From positions 110,484,001 through 110,548,000 of the forward strand of contig OX597815.1 in the NCBI GenBank assembly GCA_951406725.2: a DNA stretch of 64,000 nt. Direction: 5' to 3'. The stretch comes from Octopus vulgaris. Its lineage: Eukaryota. Numbering within the stretch: position 1 is the stretch's first letter; each line of letters begins with the position of its first letter. This document shows, one piece after another, positions 46,671 through 59,772 of this stretch. The notes beneath the pieces are model-generated. The model did no database searches and was not told the origin of the DNA. It was given only the letters and a program-made list of their open reading frames with translations. Made by a program: the position numbers and the translations under genes.

Positions 46671-48631
46671 TCATTATTATTGTTATTATTATCATTAAAG
46701 CGGTGAGTTGTCAGAATCGTTAGCATGCCAGACAAAATGCTTAGCAGTATTTAATCCGTCTGTCCGTTCTGAGTTCAAATTCTACGTAGGTTGACTTAGC
46801 CTTTAGGGAGTGATAAAATAAGTATCAGTTGAGTTCTGGGATCAATGTAATCAACTTACTCCTCTCTCCCGAAATTGTTAGTCTTATGCCGAAATTTGAA
46901 AACATTATTATAACTGTAATGGTGATTAATGGTGAGTAGAAACGTGAAATGATCAGACAAATTATCTTGCAGTAATTCTTCCGACTGTATATGTTCAAAT
47001 CTCTCTGATATCAACTTCAACCTTTCATCCTTCAGTAATCGATAAGATAAAGACTGGGATCAATGATAAAGTACTGGGATCTAGTACTAGGATCAATAGT
47101 ATCGATCAGCCTCCACCCTCAAAATTGCTGTTGTTGAGTTTAAATTAGAAACAAATATTATTTCAATAGTTTCAGTCCTTTGTTATTCCGGAACACAGCA
47201 ATCAAGGTTTTTGCCGAACTGCACTACAGTATGGTCCCTGTACAGATTCCGTGCGAATCACATGATGCTTTCATTACAAAACATGGTCCAATACTTCTTT
47301 TTCATGTGATTTTATACTCAATGTTGATATTTATATTTCATCTCTAGCGATAAGAAATAACTTTTCATCTCAAGATTTTCTACGTCGATCAATCACTCAA
47401 TTTTATACAAAAGTAATGTTCCAATTTAAAATTTAGATAATATCTTTATATATAAAAGTTTAAAATAAAATATTAAGAAATTCCCTAAACTTTCCTTTCA
47501 TATATATTTATCTTAGATATTGCAATTTACTCTGAACTACTTGTTGAGTAAAACCTTGCACAAACAGATGCCTTGGCAGTGATCTTTGACAGCCAAAGTG
47601 AAAGGTATTTCGCTCCAATGCTCAACTTTCTTATATAATATTATCCTTTAGTTCCAGGAGTATTTGGAGCTCGATTACTTAAACTGTTTCTTTCAGACAA
47701 ACTCAAAGAAAAAGCACCAGGATGGTTAAATTTAAAATAAAAGGCGACTTTTGAATAACTCTGTATAAGTAACACCATAATTTCCCTCAAGTTACACCCT
47801 GCCATATTCCGAAAGGGAAGGGCACGATAGATAATTTAATTTTAGATTGCTCTAAAACGACCAGCGTGTTTCTGATCATAACAACAACAAACAAGCACAA
47901 ACATATAATTATTGTTAAAATAAGATTTTCCAACATAGACACCCGGTCTCGTATTTTGGGGAGGTTGAACAATAATTGTTTATATTGCTCTCAATGTTTG
48001 CATAATACAAGCCCCGACAACCTAAAAAAAAAAAGTGAATGTGAGACCTCTGTGACATTCGAATTCTGCACGTAAAGAGTCGAAACTAAAATAATTAATC
48101 TTATTTCATTTAATTAGTTTTATTTTAAATATCAGCATATTTTATTATGTCGCTTTTACATTTATATATTTATTTTTTTGTGCACGATTTCGTTTATTCT
48201 GGAGTGAGGATATATTCCAATATATAGACCGCCATTTTAATTTAATAACTCAAGAATAATAAAAAGCAAAGTCGACCATACCATTGCAGGTTGTAGGCAC
48301 GCTATACAAATTGACTTGAATTGACCTTCACAATTGTCAATCCACTGCCTTAAAATAAAAGGTGACTTGGCAATATCGTTAAAGCTTAGCGATATTTTAG
48401 TTTCGTCGCTTTAGTTTCTGAGTTCAAACGTAATCGGTATCGACAATGCCTTTTACCTTTATGGGAGTGATAAAATGTGCCATTTTAAGTCCTGGTTTCG
48501 TTGTTGTCGACTACGCATTCCACTTCCTAAACAGAAATGAGACCTTATGCCTATATCATATTCTATGGCTGAACAATGGACGATTATAATGATGTTTTTA
48601 TTGCATTGCAATTTATTCTTTCATACACTCT

Positions 48632-48820
48632 AAGGCGGCGAGCTGGCAGAAACGTTAGCATGCCGGGCGAAATGCTTAGCGGTATTTCGTCTGTCTTTAC
48701 GTTCTGAGATCAAATTCCGTCGAGGTTGATAAATTAAGTACCAGTTGCGTACTGGGATCGATCTAATCGGCTGGTCCACTCCCCAAAAATTTCGGGCCTT
48801 GTACCTAGAGATGAAAAGAT
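48632..48820 (+). mobile_element. SINE family S2 with internal deletion; further S2 copies at ~15520-15700, 26290-26433, 42920-43063, 46697-46900, 53853-54000, 54493-54700, 56660-57025 and 57759-57965
   Basis: aaggcggcgagctggcagaaacgttagc..tacgttctgagatcaaattcc..aaatttcgggccttgtacctagag. Confidence 0.85.
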
Positions 48821-51800
48821 TCTTGCATACACACACACACACATACACACAGTTGTTGCTAATACAGGTAAGCTTAAACAGATAAAGTTACATAAAAACG
48901 ACGGGTAAGACGAGAAGTTATACTGAGATATGTTCAATGCTTTGTTTTTAAATTATACAAAATAATTTAATTTACATATGTATAGATGTAATTAGGGATT
49001 ATAATGATTGGCAACTTAAGTGCATGATCTCCTCATATTTCAGTATCTGATACTGTGCATATTAAAATGATTGTTCTTTGTTTTTCGTTGGTGTAAATGC
49101 TACAGTTGCTACTTACATTTCTTTTAATGAAGAGGCGTAAAGGGATTTCTTTTTTTCTAATTTTTCCTGGTTAAGTCAATAATTAGTGGCCCTGCTGCGG
49201 GATCGAGTTGAAAGACATCCGTTTCCACTTCCATGACTGCAAAGGAACCTACCCTACTAGAAATAGCAACCAAATTCTTATAAATTACGTCCTACACTCG
49301 TGAAAAGTGCTGCATCAGATGATGTGGGTCTCTGTTCCCTCAGAAATACAGAATTACAAATTTAAACCCTTTGTTCATAGGTCTGCAACGATCATAACCG
49401 ACCAGAAGCCAATCATCAAAAACAGCGTTACCAACATCGACTTCAATACATATTTTACTAGCCTCTTTAGGTTGAAACGCACCGTGAAACTAGACAACAT
49501 TTGAATTCAAAACATGAAGAGAACAAATAGCAGAAGATATTATAACGTATATGTCATAATATCTCTCGTAGTTCTGCTATATCCCTCACCATATACTAAC
49601 AATTCTGATATCAGCATTACCACCCACATACTAAACTTCTCCCACCAACTGCCATTTCCAAAATTATATTATATTTTGATGAGTGATAAATCAAACAAAA
49701 ATGTTTAGTCAACTGATAAATTATAATACCGGTATTTCGTATTAAGTATCTCTCAGCATGTTAGATTAGACGTAAGAAACTACGAGATAAAACAGAAAAT
49801 AACTTGTAGCACGATATTAAGAATATTTATAGTATAATGACCGAGAGACTAAAATAATGAACTATTATCTTGTTAGTCACATGTTCGAATTGGCGTTAGC
49901 GATGTTATTTCTGAGACAGAAAATGCTTAAAAGATAATATTATTATTCTAGTATTCACAACTTGTTAATACTTGTTATTATAGAATGCATTTTAATGTTT
50001 CATGGAAAATAAGTAACGAAAATGTTTCCAAAGAAGTTTATAACGCTGGAAGTCAATCAAATGTACATTACTCATAAAGTTGTAAGGATCAACTTGAAAT
50101 CAACTGAATGGATAGTAATAAAACAGTAAAGCTCAGCATGGAGGCGTTAGAAGCCAATGGAATGGGTATTATAAAACTGTAAAGATCAACTGGAAGTCAA
50201 AGGCAAAAATAGATAGTACTTATAAAGCTCTGAGGGTCAGCTGGAAGTCAACAGAGTAAAATCTTAAAATGCACTATAGAGCAGCTTTTAATCTATTTTA
50301 GGGAAGAGGCACTAATAACACTATAAGGATCAGTTTTGAGTCTGTAGAATGGACACCGGTGTTCGTATTATCTCACTAATGTTGCACTGTCGAAGATTCC
50401 TATCCATGTAAAAATTCGCAATGTGGTTGTAGTTAACAATACTTTATGGGAGTGGATAAATCCCCAAATCAGTCTAGGACAGCACTTCATTAGATGACTG
50501 TACTATTAATGGTTTTTATTTATTTTATTTTATTTATTTATGTTTGTTAGGCTATAATTCTATTTCCATTAGTATTGCATACTACTGAGTATGGTTGAAA
50601 GGTCGAAAATGACGTTAATATCAATAGTTTGGAAACAAATAACAAAAAAAAAAGTTTAGTGGTGAGAATTGTGTCCTATCCAATTGATAAATGTGCAAAT
50701 GCAGTTTTCGCGGAGGGAAAAAATGAAAGAGAGACAAAAAAGAAGATAGAAAGCTATCAACAACGCACACTATAGAATTAACGCTTGAGACCGCAATAAA
50801 AGATCAAAACGTATTTTGATTTTGTCATCAATAATTAAAAGGGACTTCAGCACCAATATGACAAGGAAAAAATTCTGTGAAATGTTTTAGCTATGAGTAA
50901 GATAAATTGTGAAAACTAATTTAAGCTCCATATTTTTTCCCCAATCCATAAACACGTTGCAGTTTTAATGTCATACATTTAGCAGATTGATTTGGTCTTA
51001 GTGGTACTATTGCCTTATTGAACACTGAACTTATGGATTTCCCTGTTCCATATCCCAGAAAATAATACCTGGGCATTAGCTTCTAGATTTCTGTTTATTT
51101 TCATCTAGGTCTCCAAGTCTATATTTTGAAATATTAGAATATGAAGAAAACAGTTCATGCGGAAGAAGCTAAAGAAATATTTTTGCAAGCAGAGATATAT
51201 TATCATGATGTGGCATAATCTTACTATGGTATCAAAAGTAAGTTATCGAGTTTCAATAGAATTAGCCACCACACATGGAACACCTATGTTTGAACGTTGT
51301 AGTTATACAAACAAATCAAAAGAGTGAAGAATTTGTGACTTTCTGGTAAAAAGAGAAAAGTAAAAAACTATGAGGGTCTAATATCTTTGAATGCGTTCAA
51401 CAACCCCTTGAGTGTAAACTGCTGTTTTACCAGAATATCAACGAAGTAATTCAAGGTGATGCCTTAGTCTTCTATTTGAGCTATTTTATTTATAAAGCAG
51501 AGCAAATTGGTAAACTTATCAGAAAGGGAAAATCATCATTAATTCTTCATAAATGATCAAAACCAATAAACAATTAATTGACTTCCGGTTCGGAGGCTTC
51601 ATTAATAATATGGAATTATTTAATGGTAATATTAAAATGTAAGGATATTGAGTTGTAAGGATATTGTTAATGTTATCAACAAATATTCTAGGCCAATGAT
51701 AACATGTAGCCTTTGGTTAGAACGATACCCAGAGAGAGACAGAGAGAGGGTCAAGGAGAGACGGCCCTAGGAGATGATTAGTACTTTATTTATCGATCCC

Positions 51801-53280
51801 CAAAGGATGAAAATCAAAATCCAATGCCGGACATTTGAAATCAGTGCGTAGGAAACTGAAAGAAATTCTGCATGGCATTCTGTCCAACATTCTAAAGACT
51901 TCGCTAATGCAATGTCTTCAAACTGAGAGGAAGAAATATAAGTGCAAATTCTTACTTCACTATTTACGTAGCTCTCCTAGTTGGTGTGTTATATTAACTT
52001 CTAATGTGCATCAAAACATTAACTACAGAGGACCGTAGAATCGCCATTAGGCATATTTGGAGGGAATATTTACATATTGTAAAGTTTATCAAATAAATGC
52101 TTCTTATGGGGTCAGTTTCCTAAAACAATACATCAGATTTCATAAGAATGATGAACACAGACACCCATAAAATATACTTGGAGACAGCAGCAAAATAAAG
52201 CTATTATATATACGTCTGTCTAACCACCCAGTTTCAGCTGCTTCAAATGAAGTCTCTTTGTTGCATTTTTTATCGTTTAGAGGAGGAAGGGTGGCATTAT
52301 TTTACTTGTCAGGGACTTCGAGAAATGAACGGGAAGGAAGTTTCCATCAGGCTCTGGTAAAGGTCCCTAAAAACCAGGTGGTGATGTTAAATCGGGCGAT
52401 GGATTCAGGCTACCAGTTACGAACTATTTGTCATAATAAACGACAATACAATTTCGTAATAGAAATATACCATTTCCAATCATAAATGACAGTTGTGCGA
52501 ATAACAAGGCTTCCTCGAAGTCTGTAGACCTAGAAATAGCACTCAAATCTCCTTTGAAGTACATCATACCACTTGGATAATCTTAGATACACTGTGCCTG
52601 AAAGTAAATGACATGACTTCAATGCCCATTCTCACGCCCTCACGATTGCGAAAGTTCACAGAACACTTTGGTAGTTTAATTGATGTGAGGAGTGAAGAAT
52701 CTGGATTTTGTCTTTTATTTTACGCTCGAAAGACACCGCCAATTTGCTAACTCTAAAGTAGTTCTTTGACGGCGGAAAAGAAAAATTCTGAAGGAGATGT
52801 TTGTAAATCCAGCCATATATAAGAAAATAAGAATGAAAAAGACTCCTCAGTATATTGCTTACTCTATACTTTACCTAGTTTTTCTGTACAAATTTCAATG
52901 AGCAAACATTTCCTAATAGATACATCTGATTTTTTTTTTCTTTACTGGTGAAATTTAAAGTATAAAAGAGTGGGAAATACAATGATGTGAATAAATACAA
53001 CTGTCATTTGAAACCCTAAACAAGTGGACTGTGACCGAGGAGATACTGTTGCCTTCAGGGCTGATAGAATGACAACATCTTATCATAAAAGAGTGGGACA
53101 AGACAAAGGCACACAAGGAACGAAGAAATAACAAAGGACACACAAGTGTGTAGTGGTGGCGGCGGTGGTGGTAGTGGTGATGATGAGAGGTGGGAAGAAA
53201 AAACGGTAAATAAGCGAATGAAATCGAAAATGTGTTTGTGTGTAAGTGTGCATATATGTGCGTGTGTAGATAGATATGTA

Positions 53281-53331
<51 letters not shown>

Positions 53332-53355
53332 ATATATATATACACACACACACAC

Positions 53356-53386
<31 letters not shown>

Positions 53387-53398
53387 GATATATATATA

Positions 53399-53444
<46 letters not shown>

Positions 53445-56040
53445 TATATATATGTATATATATATGCATATATTTCATATTTATACACACACACACACTT
53501 TACAAGGGAAGAATAAGTAGATAGGCATGCAGGGAGATAGGAGGTAAGGTGAGAGGTATTTAAGGAAAGCAGGTGGAGGCGAGAGAAAACAGTAAAACAA
53601 AATACTAAAAAGTTGATTTGACAAAATTCTCATGGGAATAATTAATGTGCAAATTAAACTCCTATACATACAAACATGCATGCACGCATACATAGACACG
53701 GGTGTGCGTTTGTTTATGTAGTTGTGTCTATGTGTATGTCTGTCTCTTTTATTACGTATTTGTTGTTGCTGTTTTAGCGTGACATCAGCGATAATACAGT
53801 CAGCTTATTATGAAAGGCGTTCCAGCTATGACCATCCCGTAAGTTTTATATACTGAGTTCAAATTCCGCCGAGGTCGACTTTGCCTTTCATTCTCTCGGG
53901 GTCGATAAATAAAGAACCAGTTTCCCACTGGGGTGGATGTAATCAACTTAATCCCTTTGTTCGTCCCCTCTCTGTTTAGCCCCTTGTGGGTAGTAAAGAA
54001 ATGTATATATTTATCTTTTGGTTTCAAGACTTTGTAATTAGGACTATTATATTTTGAAGTAGAACTTTCTTTTAAAGAAGTCACATAAGGTGTAATCTGA
54101 GGACTGTTCGATGGTTATTTATTTGTGCTGTTGATATTAGTGTTTAGCTTCAGATTGAGCAAGCCTGAGAAACCAATGACCACGAGAGCTACCGAAATGT
54201 TCGGTGTGAGAGCTTACCATCCAGTTTTAGTTATTTTTTGTTGCTGTTTTTTCAGAGAGAAATATCTCGGACATTATCCTATGAATCTTTCATGATTCAT
54301 CTAGAATACAGAAGAAAATATTCATGACTTTTTTTTTATGGACTGGAAAGAAGGAAAATATATTCTGAGATCATCAGAGTTCTGTAGACTCTACTCTCTA
54401 CAGTGTAGAGTGTGGTTTAAACGGATCTGCTCACTCTAGTGATTACTTAAACGTTCATATTTGTCTCATGTGTCATCATTTTATATTTATTACAAGGCGG
54501 CGAGCTGGCAGAATCATTAGCATGCCTGGCACAGCACTTGTCAGCAGTTCGTCCGTCCTTACGTTCTGAGTTTAAATTGCTCCAAGGTCGACTTTACCTC
54601 TTATACTTTCAGGATCGATAAAATAAGTCCCAATTGAACACTGGAATCGATTTATCACCTCCCCCGATGTTGCTGGCCTTGTGACGAAATTTGAAACCAA
54701 TATTATTTGTGAACATGTGCGCTTGAGATTGACAACACTCTTGAAAACTATCGATCTCTTTCGGAATATTATTTTCAAAACAGTATTAGGAAACTCGTAT
54801 GTAATCCCCCAGATAATTAACTGAATTTCCAGTTTGATGCATAAAATGTTCTACCCCATCTTCTCTCTCCTTCTCTGTACACACACGCGCGCGCGTGTGT
54901 TTACAGAAAAGGAAAAAGAAAATGTGGTGAGGAGGCTTCCTGACTGACAGGTTGACTACTCCTCAGAGACGCACAATGCTCCCTTTCCTCCAGTCAATCG
55001 CACAGATCATTTGTTGATATAAAAGAGTCATAAACTAAGCTAGCACGTTAATGGATAGATTCTGTTGTGAATAAAGTAGATGATATTTAATTAACTGCGA
55101 CTTTTCAAAAGCACAAATATTCAAATTAGACTATTCACTAATGTGCTAATCAAATTCATGACTGCTTTATATCGTAGTTAATCTATGCTAATGACTGGAG
55201 AAGGAAGCCGTTTCAGTCTTCTCTTATTTTTATAGAATCTATCAGGAAGCTCCTTCCGTCGCCTTCACACTCTGTTCATCAATAATATAGAATATATTAC
55301 ACCCATAGTAATGATTTATAATCTAACATTTAAATAAATTTTTGTTATTTTGACTTACACTAGATTTTGCATAATATGCGTCTGCGCGCGCACAAAAACA
55401 CATTTATATGAGAAAGATTTACTCTATTTAATGATGTGTACATTTATGATTAATACGCTCTTTAAACTAGTCGGTGGAAGAGCTTCGCTGCAGAAACCCT
55501 TAATGCATATAACTTAAATAGAGCATCCATAATGAGGAATTTCCTCTGAGACAACAGTCCAGCAGCACAAATCTTAAGCATTCCAGTGTACTGGCTAGTG
55601 TGAAATATAGAAGTACACATCGTTCTTTTGAGTTCAAATTCCGCCAAGGTCATCTTTACCTTTCACTTTGCCGCCTACCCTAAACTTTCGGGCTTTGGGC
55701 CTATAGTAGAAAAGTTTACTACTACTACTACTACTACTACAACTACTACTATTATTATTATTATATGTATATATAGATTTATAAATAGATAGATACATGC
55801 ATACACACATATATATATACATACATGTGTATGTGTGCGTGTGTGTATGGGTGTCTGTATGGATGGAAAGAAGGAGGGAAGGATGCGCTTCCATATCTTT
55901 TATTTGCTGTAGAAGCATGTGACTTCTTAACAAAATTTATTTATTTACCTAATACAACTTAACTAACTAGTTTTCTGAAGAGAAACATTTTCAAATGGTT
56001 ACTCCAAAAGTAACTTGAAGAGTTAACATATTCTTAATTT

Positions 56041-56072
<32 letters not shown>

Positions 56073-56080
56073 TATTATTA

Positions 56081-56645
56081 TTGAGTGAGAGAGGAGGGCA
56101 TGCCGTCAAAGTGACACTGGGGTAAAATATTCGAGACCCAGTATACCCACATAACTACTCGTTTCATAAGGGTACACCAGTCAACGGGACCATAAAAAAA
56201 AAGTCATGAATATTTTCTTCTGTATTCTAGATGAATCATGAAAGATTCATAGGATAATGTCCGAGATATTTCTCTCTGAAAAAAACAGCAACAAAAAATA
56301 ACTAAAACCACATGTGAGCGACATGGTGATTTCATATCAAGATAAACAGCGCATGACCTTGCAGGTGGGGCCCAGTTAGAATTTTCTTCAGGTCGAGTAG
56401 CCTATCCTGCTCAGAAGGTCCCCAAATAAGGGTTTTTAAGGATGTTGAACGAAACATCCATATTTCCAAAGGTGAATTATCCAAACCCCAAAGAATTCCT
56501 TTGAACACATGGCTATGATGCTCTTCTACTACTTCTGCTTGTGATCAGAGATGCACATATTGTCAGCCACTAAGAGACATGCTCAACTGGTTAAGGTCAA
56601 ACAACTGACAAGCATATCTGTGGTACTGAGCAGAATATTTGCTGT
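56081..56645 (-). mobile_element. Non-LTR retrotransposon 3' end (same family as 46381-46670) with a templated insertion
   Basis: Collinear with 46381-46670 except for the insert at 56181-56308. Confidence 0.7.
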
Positions 56646-57051
56646 AGTCCCACCTCACATTCTGAGTTCCAATTCCGCCGACGTCGACTTTGCCTTCCAT
56701 CCTTTCGGGATCGATAGATTAAGTATCAGTCAAATACTGGGGTCGATGTAATCGACTAGTCCCCTCACTCAAAATTTCAGACCCTCTACCTCCAGTAGAA
56801 AGGATTATTATTGCTATTGCGGTGAGCTGGCAGAATCGTTAGCACGCCGGGCAAAATTCTTTGCGGCATTTCGTCTATCTTTACGTTCTTGGTTCAAATT
56901 CTGCCGAGTTTGACTTTGCTTTCCTCCTTTCGGGGTCGAAAAATTAGGCACCAGCCATGTACTGAGGTCGATGTTATCGTCAAAATCCCTTCCCACAAAT
57001 TCCAGGCCTTGTGCCCATAATAGAAATGATTGTTATTATTATTGTTAAGGT

Positions 57052-57340
57052 GGAGGCACATGGCTTAGAGGTTAGAGTAGCGGACTCGCGGGTTCGAATC
57101 CCAGACCAGGCGATGTATGTATTTATGAGCGAAACACCTAACCTCCACGCAGCTCCGGTAGAAGGCAATGGCGAACTTCTGCTGATTCTTTCGCCAAAAC
57201 TTTCTCTCTCTCTTTCCTCCTACATCTAGCAGCTCACCTGCGACAGATCGGCGTCCCGTCCAGGTGGGGAACTTATACGCCAATGAAACCAGAAAACCGG
57301 CCCTTATGAGCCAGGCATGGCTCGAGAAGGAACAAACCAC
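57052..57340 (+). mobile_element. tRNA-Arg-derived SINE with S3 5' half and a different (V-domain-like) 3' half
   Basis: ggaggcacatggcttagaggttagagtagcggactcgcgg.. then cctgcgacagatcggcgtcccgtccagg..gaaaccagaaaaccggcc. Confidence 0.7.
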
Positions 57341-57396
57341 AACATTATTAGAAAATTACTATTATCTCGCAACGTGAGATATTCAGCAACAGTACT

Positions 57397-57745
57397 TTGT
57401 AGTAAAGATTGTTTGCCAACATAACATGGCAGGCCTGGTTTAGGGCTAATGTTGCTGTAATTTAGCCCCAGGAGACATCGTCTCCATTTGTCTATACGAC
57501 ACGATCTATGTCCTTATATTTTAGATCAGGGGAATCTAGCACCCGCCACTCAGCTCAAAACAATATCTGTGTATCGCGAATTCAGGGTTATTTTTTCTTC
57601 ATCAGCACAGAATAATTCGAAAATATAAGGACATAGATCGTGTCGTATAGCTAGCTGGAGACGATGTCTCCTGGGGCTAAATTACAATAACATTAGTCCT
57701 AAACCAGGACAGCCATGTTATGTTGGCAAACGATCCTTACTACAA
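57397..57745. mobile_element. Element C: ~126-bp inverted arms around an HHR-containing spacer; related to element A
   Basis: Arms at 57397-57522 and 57620-57745; shares tttagccccagg..acatcg with element A. Confidence 0.75.
57566..57611 (-). ncRNA. Type-I hammerhead ribozyme, decayed
   Basis: tctgtg-CTGATGA-ag..ct-GAAT-tcgcga-TA-cacaga; GAAA has changed to GAAT and stem II is weak. Confidence 0.65.
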
Positions 57746-58675
57746 CAATATCATTGTTAAGGCAGCGAGCTGGCAGAATCGTTAGCACGCCGGGCAAAAT
57801 GCCTAGTTAGACCGTCGCTATATTTTCAGTTCAAATTCCACCGAAGTCGGCTTTGCCTTTTGTCCTTTCGGGATCGATACATTAAGTACCAGTGAAATCC
57901 TAAGGTCGATGTAATCGGCTTACCCACTCCACCGAAACTGCTGGCCGTGTGTCAAAATCTGAAATCATAATTATTATTTTGTCAGCAGCTAAAAAGAACA
58001 GATGTCTGACGAATATTATAAAATGACGAAAAATATAAGAAAGACAGAAAGAAAGAAAGGAAAAGGTTCGATTTAATGAAAAACATTTGAAGATATATGC
58101 AATAATTCTAATGCCGAAAAGCAAAACGTTTTTAACTGTCGTGTGATGTAATTTTATAACTAAAGCTAAATTCATAACATTGTAGAACATTTTTCACTTA
58201 TCTGTTCGTTCATATTGTAAGACCAGTTTTCGATGCCTGGTAGAAATAAGGAAGTTTACAAATGCCAATATATTATGTATCTTCATGTGTATGTTTGCGC
58301 TCGCGCGTGTGTGTGTGTGTGTGTCTATGTTTAATTCCAGGATCATTGCTCAGTCATGCGTTGAAAAATAAAATTTGAACTTCTTTCTGTTAATCAATTT
58401 CTTTTTTATTCATTCATACTTACACGCAACTGCTCACACACACACACACTCATAAACACATACACACACATACACAAACACACACACACACTTTCTCTCA
58501 TACATACATACATACATACATACATACATAGATACATGCATATATACATACATCAATTATAATCTGCTTCTGGTTTTATTGCTTGTTGTGTGGAGGCTAA
58601 TAAGTGCTAGGCTCAACCCAAAGTCCCCTAGGAAAATGAACAGTTGACGGTGTTTTGTGTGTATGTCTGTGTGTA

Positions 58676-58741
<66 letters not shown>

Positions 58742-59363
58742 TGTGTGCGTGTGTGTGTGTGTGCGTGTATGTGTGTGTATGCGTGTGTGTGTGTGTGTAT
58801 TAATATGTATATAAATTTACTTACATTTATCACAACCTACTAGCTCTCTGCTGTATCATATATTTTGATTTCTTTTAACTCCTTAGGGAATTTTTTCACC
58901 AACTGCTTTGCTTAATTGTTGTATTTGTTTTTACAAATTTTTATTCTTTCTCTAAGACATCAGATATTTTCTTTGAAACCGAATTTTTTTTTCATAGACT
59001 CTTATATATAAACTCTAATGTCTAAGGGGCCCACTTGCCATCGGGCAAGCTGGGATAACTGGCCAGTCCACCACTGAGTATATGCATATATAATTGTTAA
59101 ACAATTATAAAATTTTAAACAATAATAATTGTTTAACAATTGTATATCCGCTATATAGGAAATCTACAATGGTTCCATAACTCCCGTCTCGGATTTAACC
59201 TTGGAGCCCTGGTAATCCGTTATAGCACTTACCCATCGTACCTAGTTGTTTAGATCACCTGTGAACTAAACCCCCATATTTGATATATATATATATATAT
59301 ATATACTGACGCGCGCGCACACACACATATATACATGTAATATGTATGTATATATCTATATGC

Positions 59364-59397
<34 letters not shown>

Positions 59398-59403
<6 letters not shown>

Positions 59404-59772
59404 GGGTTTAGCAACAATATTATGTTAAGAAAGGAAATTAATTTTTATAATTCTAATCCAGAAACGCGTCCATAATTAATCGAAGACTGATTTCATTATT
59501 TTTCTTTCCTTTTTACCTATGTGAGTTACAAATGTTATTGTCTGTGGAGTCACATTTGTAGTGAAAAGAATTAACGGTCTTTTGGCTGCTATTTCTAAAT
59601 TTTCGGTATGTGGTGAAGCAACTTGTTGCTAAACCCTTAATTATATTTATAATTATATATAAAAACTAAAACTTTTTGTACAATTTTTTACCGAATTTTA
59701 CATACCGAAGCTACGTGGTAAAATTTATTAATTATTAAATTAATAATTCTTTACCCTATACCTTTAATGAGT
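59398..59772 (+). mobile_element. PLE-type terminal-repeat fragment in (TA)n with decayed HHR and 20-bp 5' inversion
   Basis: attatg-TTAAGAA-agga..tcca-GAAA-cgcg-TC-cataat (59419-59476); 59398-59417 is the reverse complement of 59623-59642. Confidence 0.55.
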
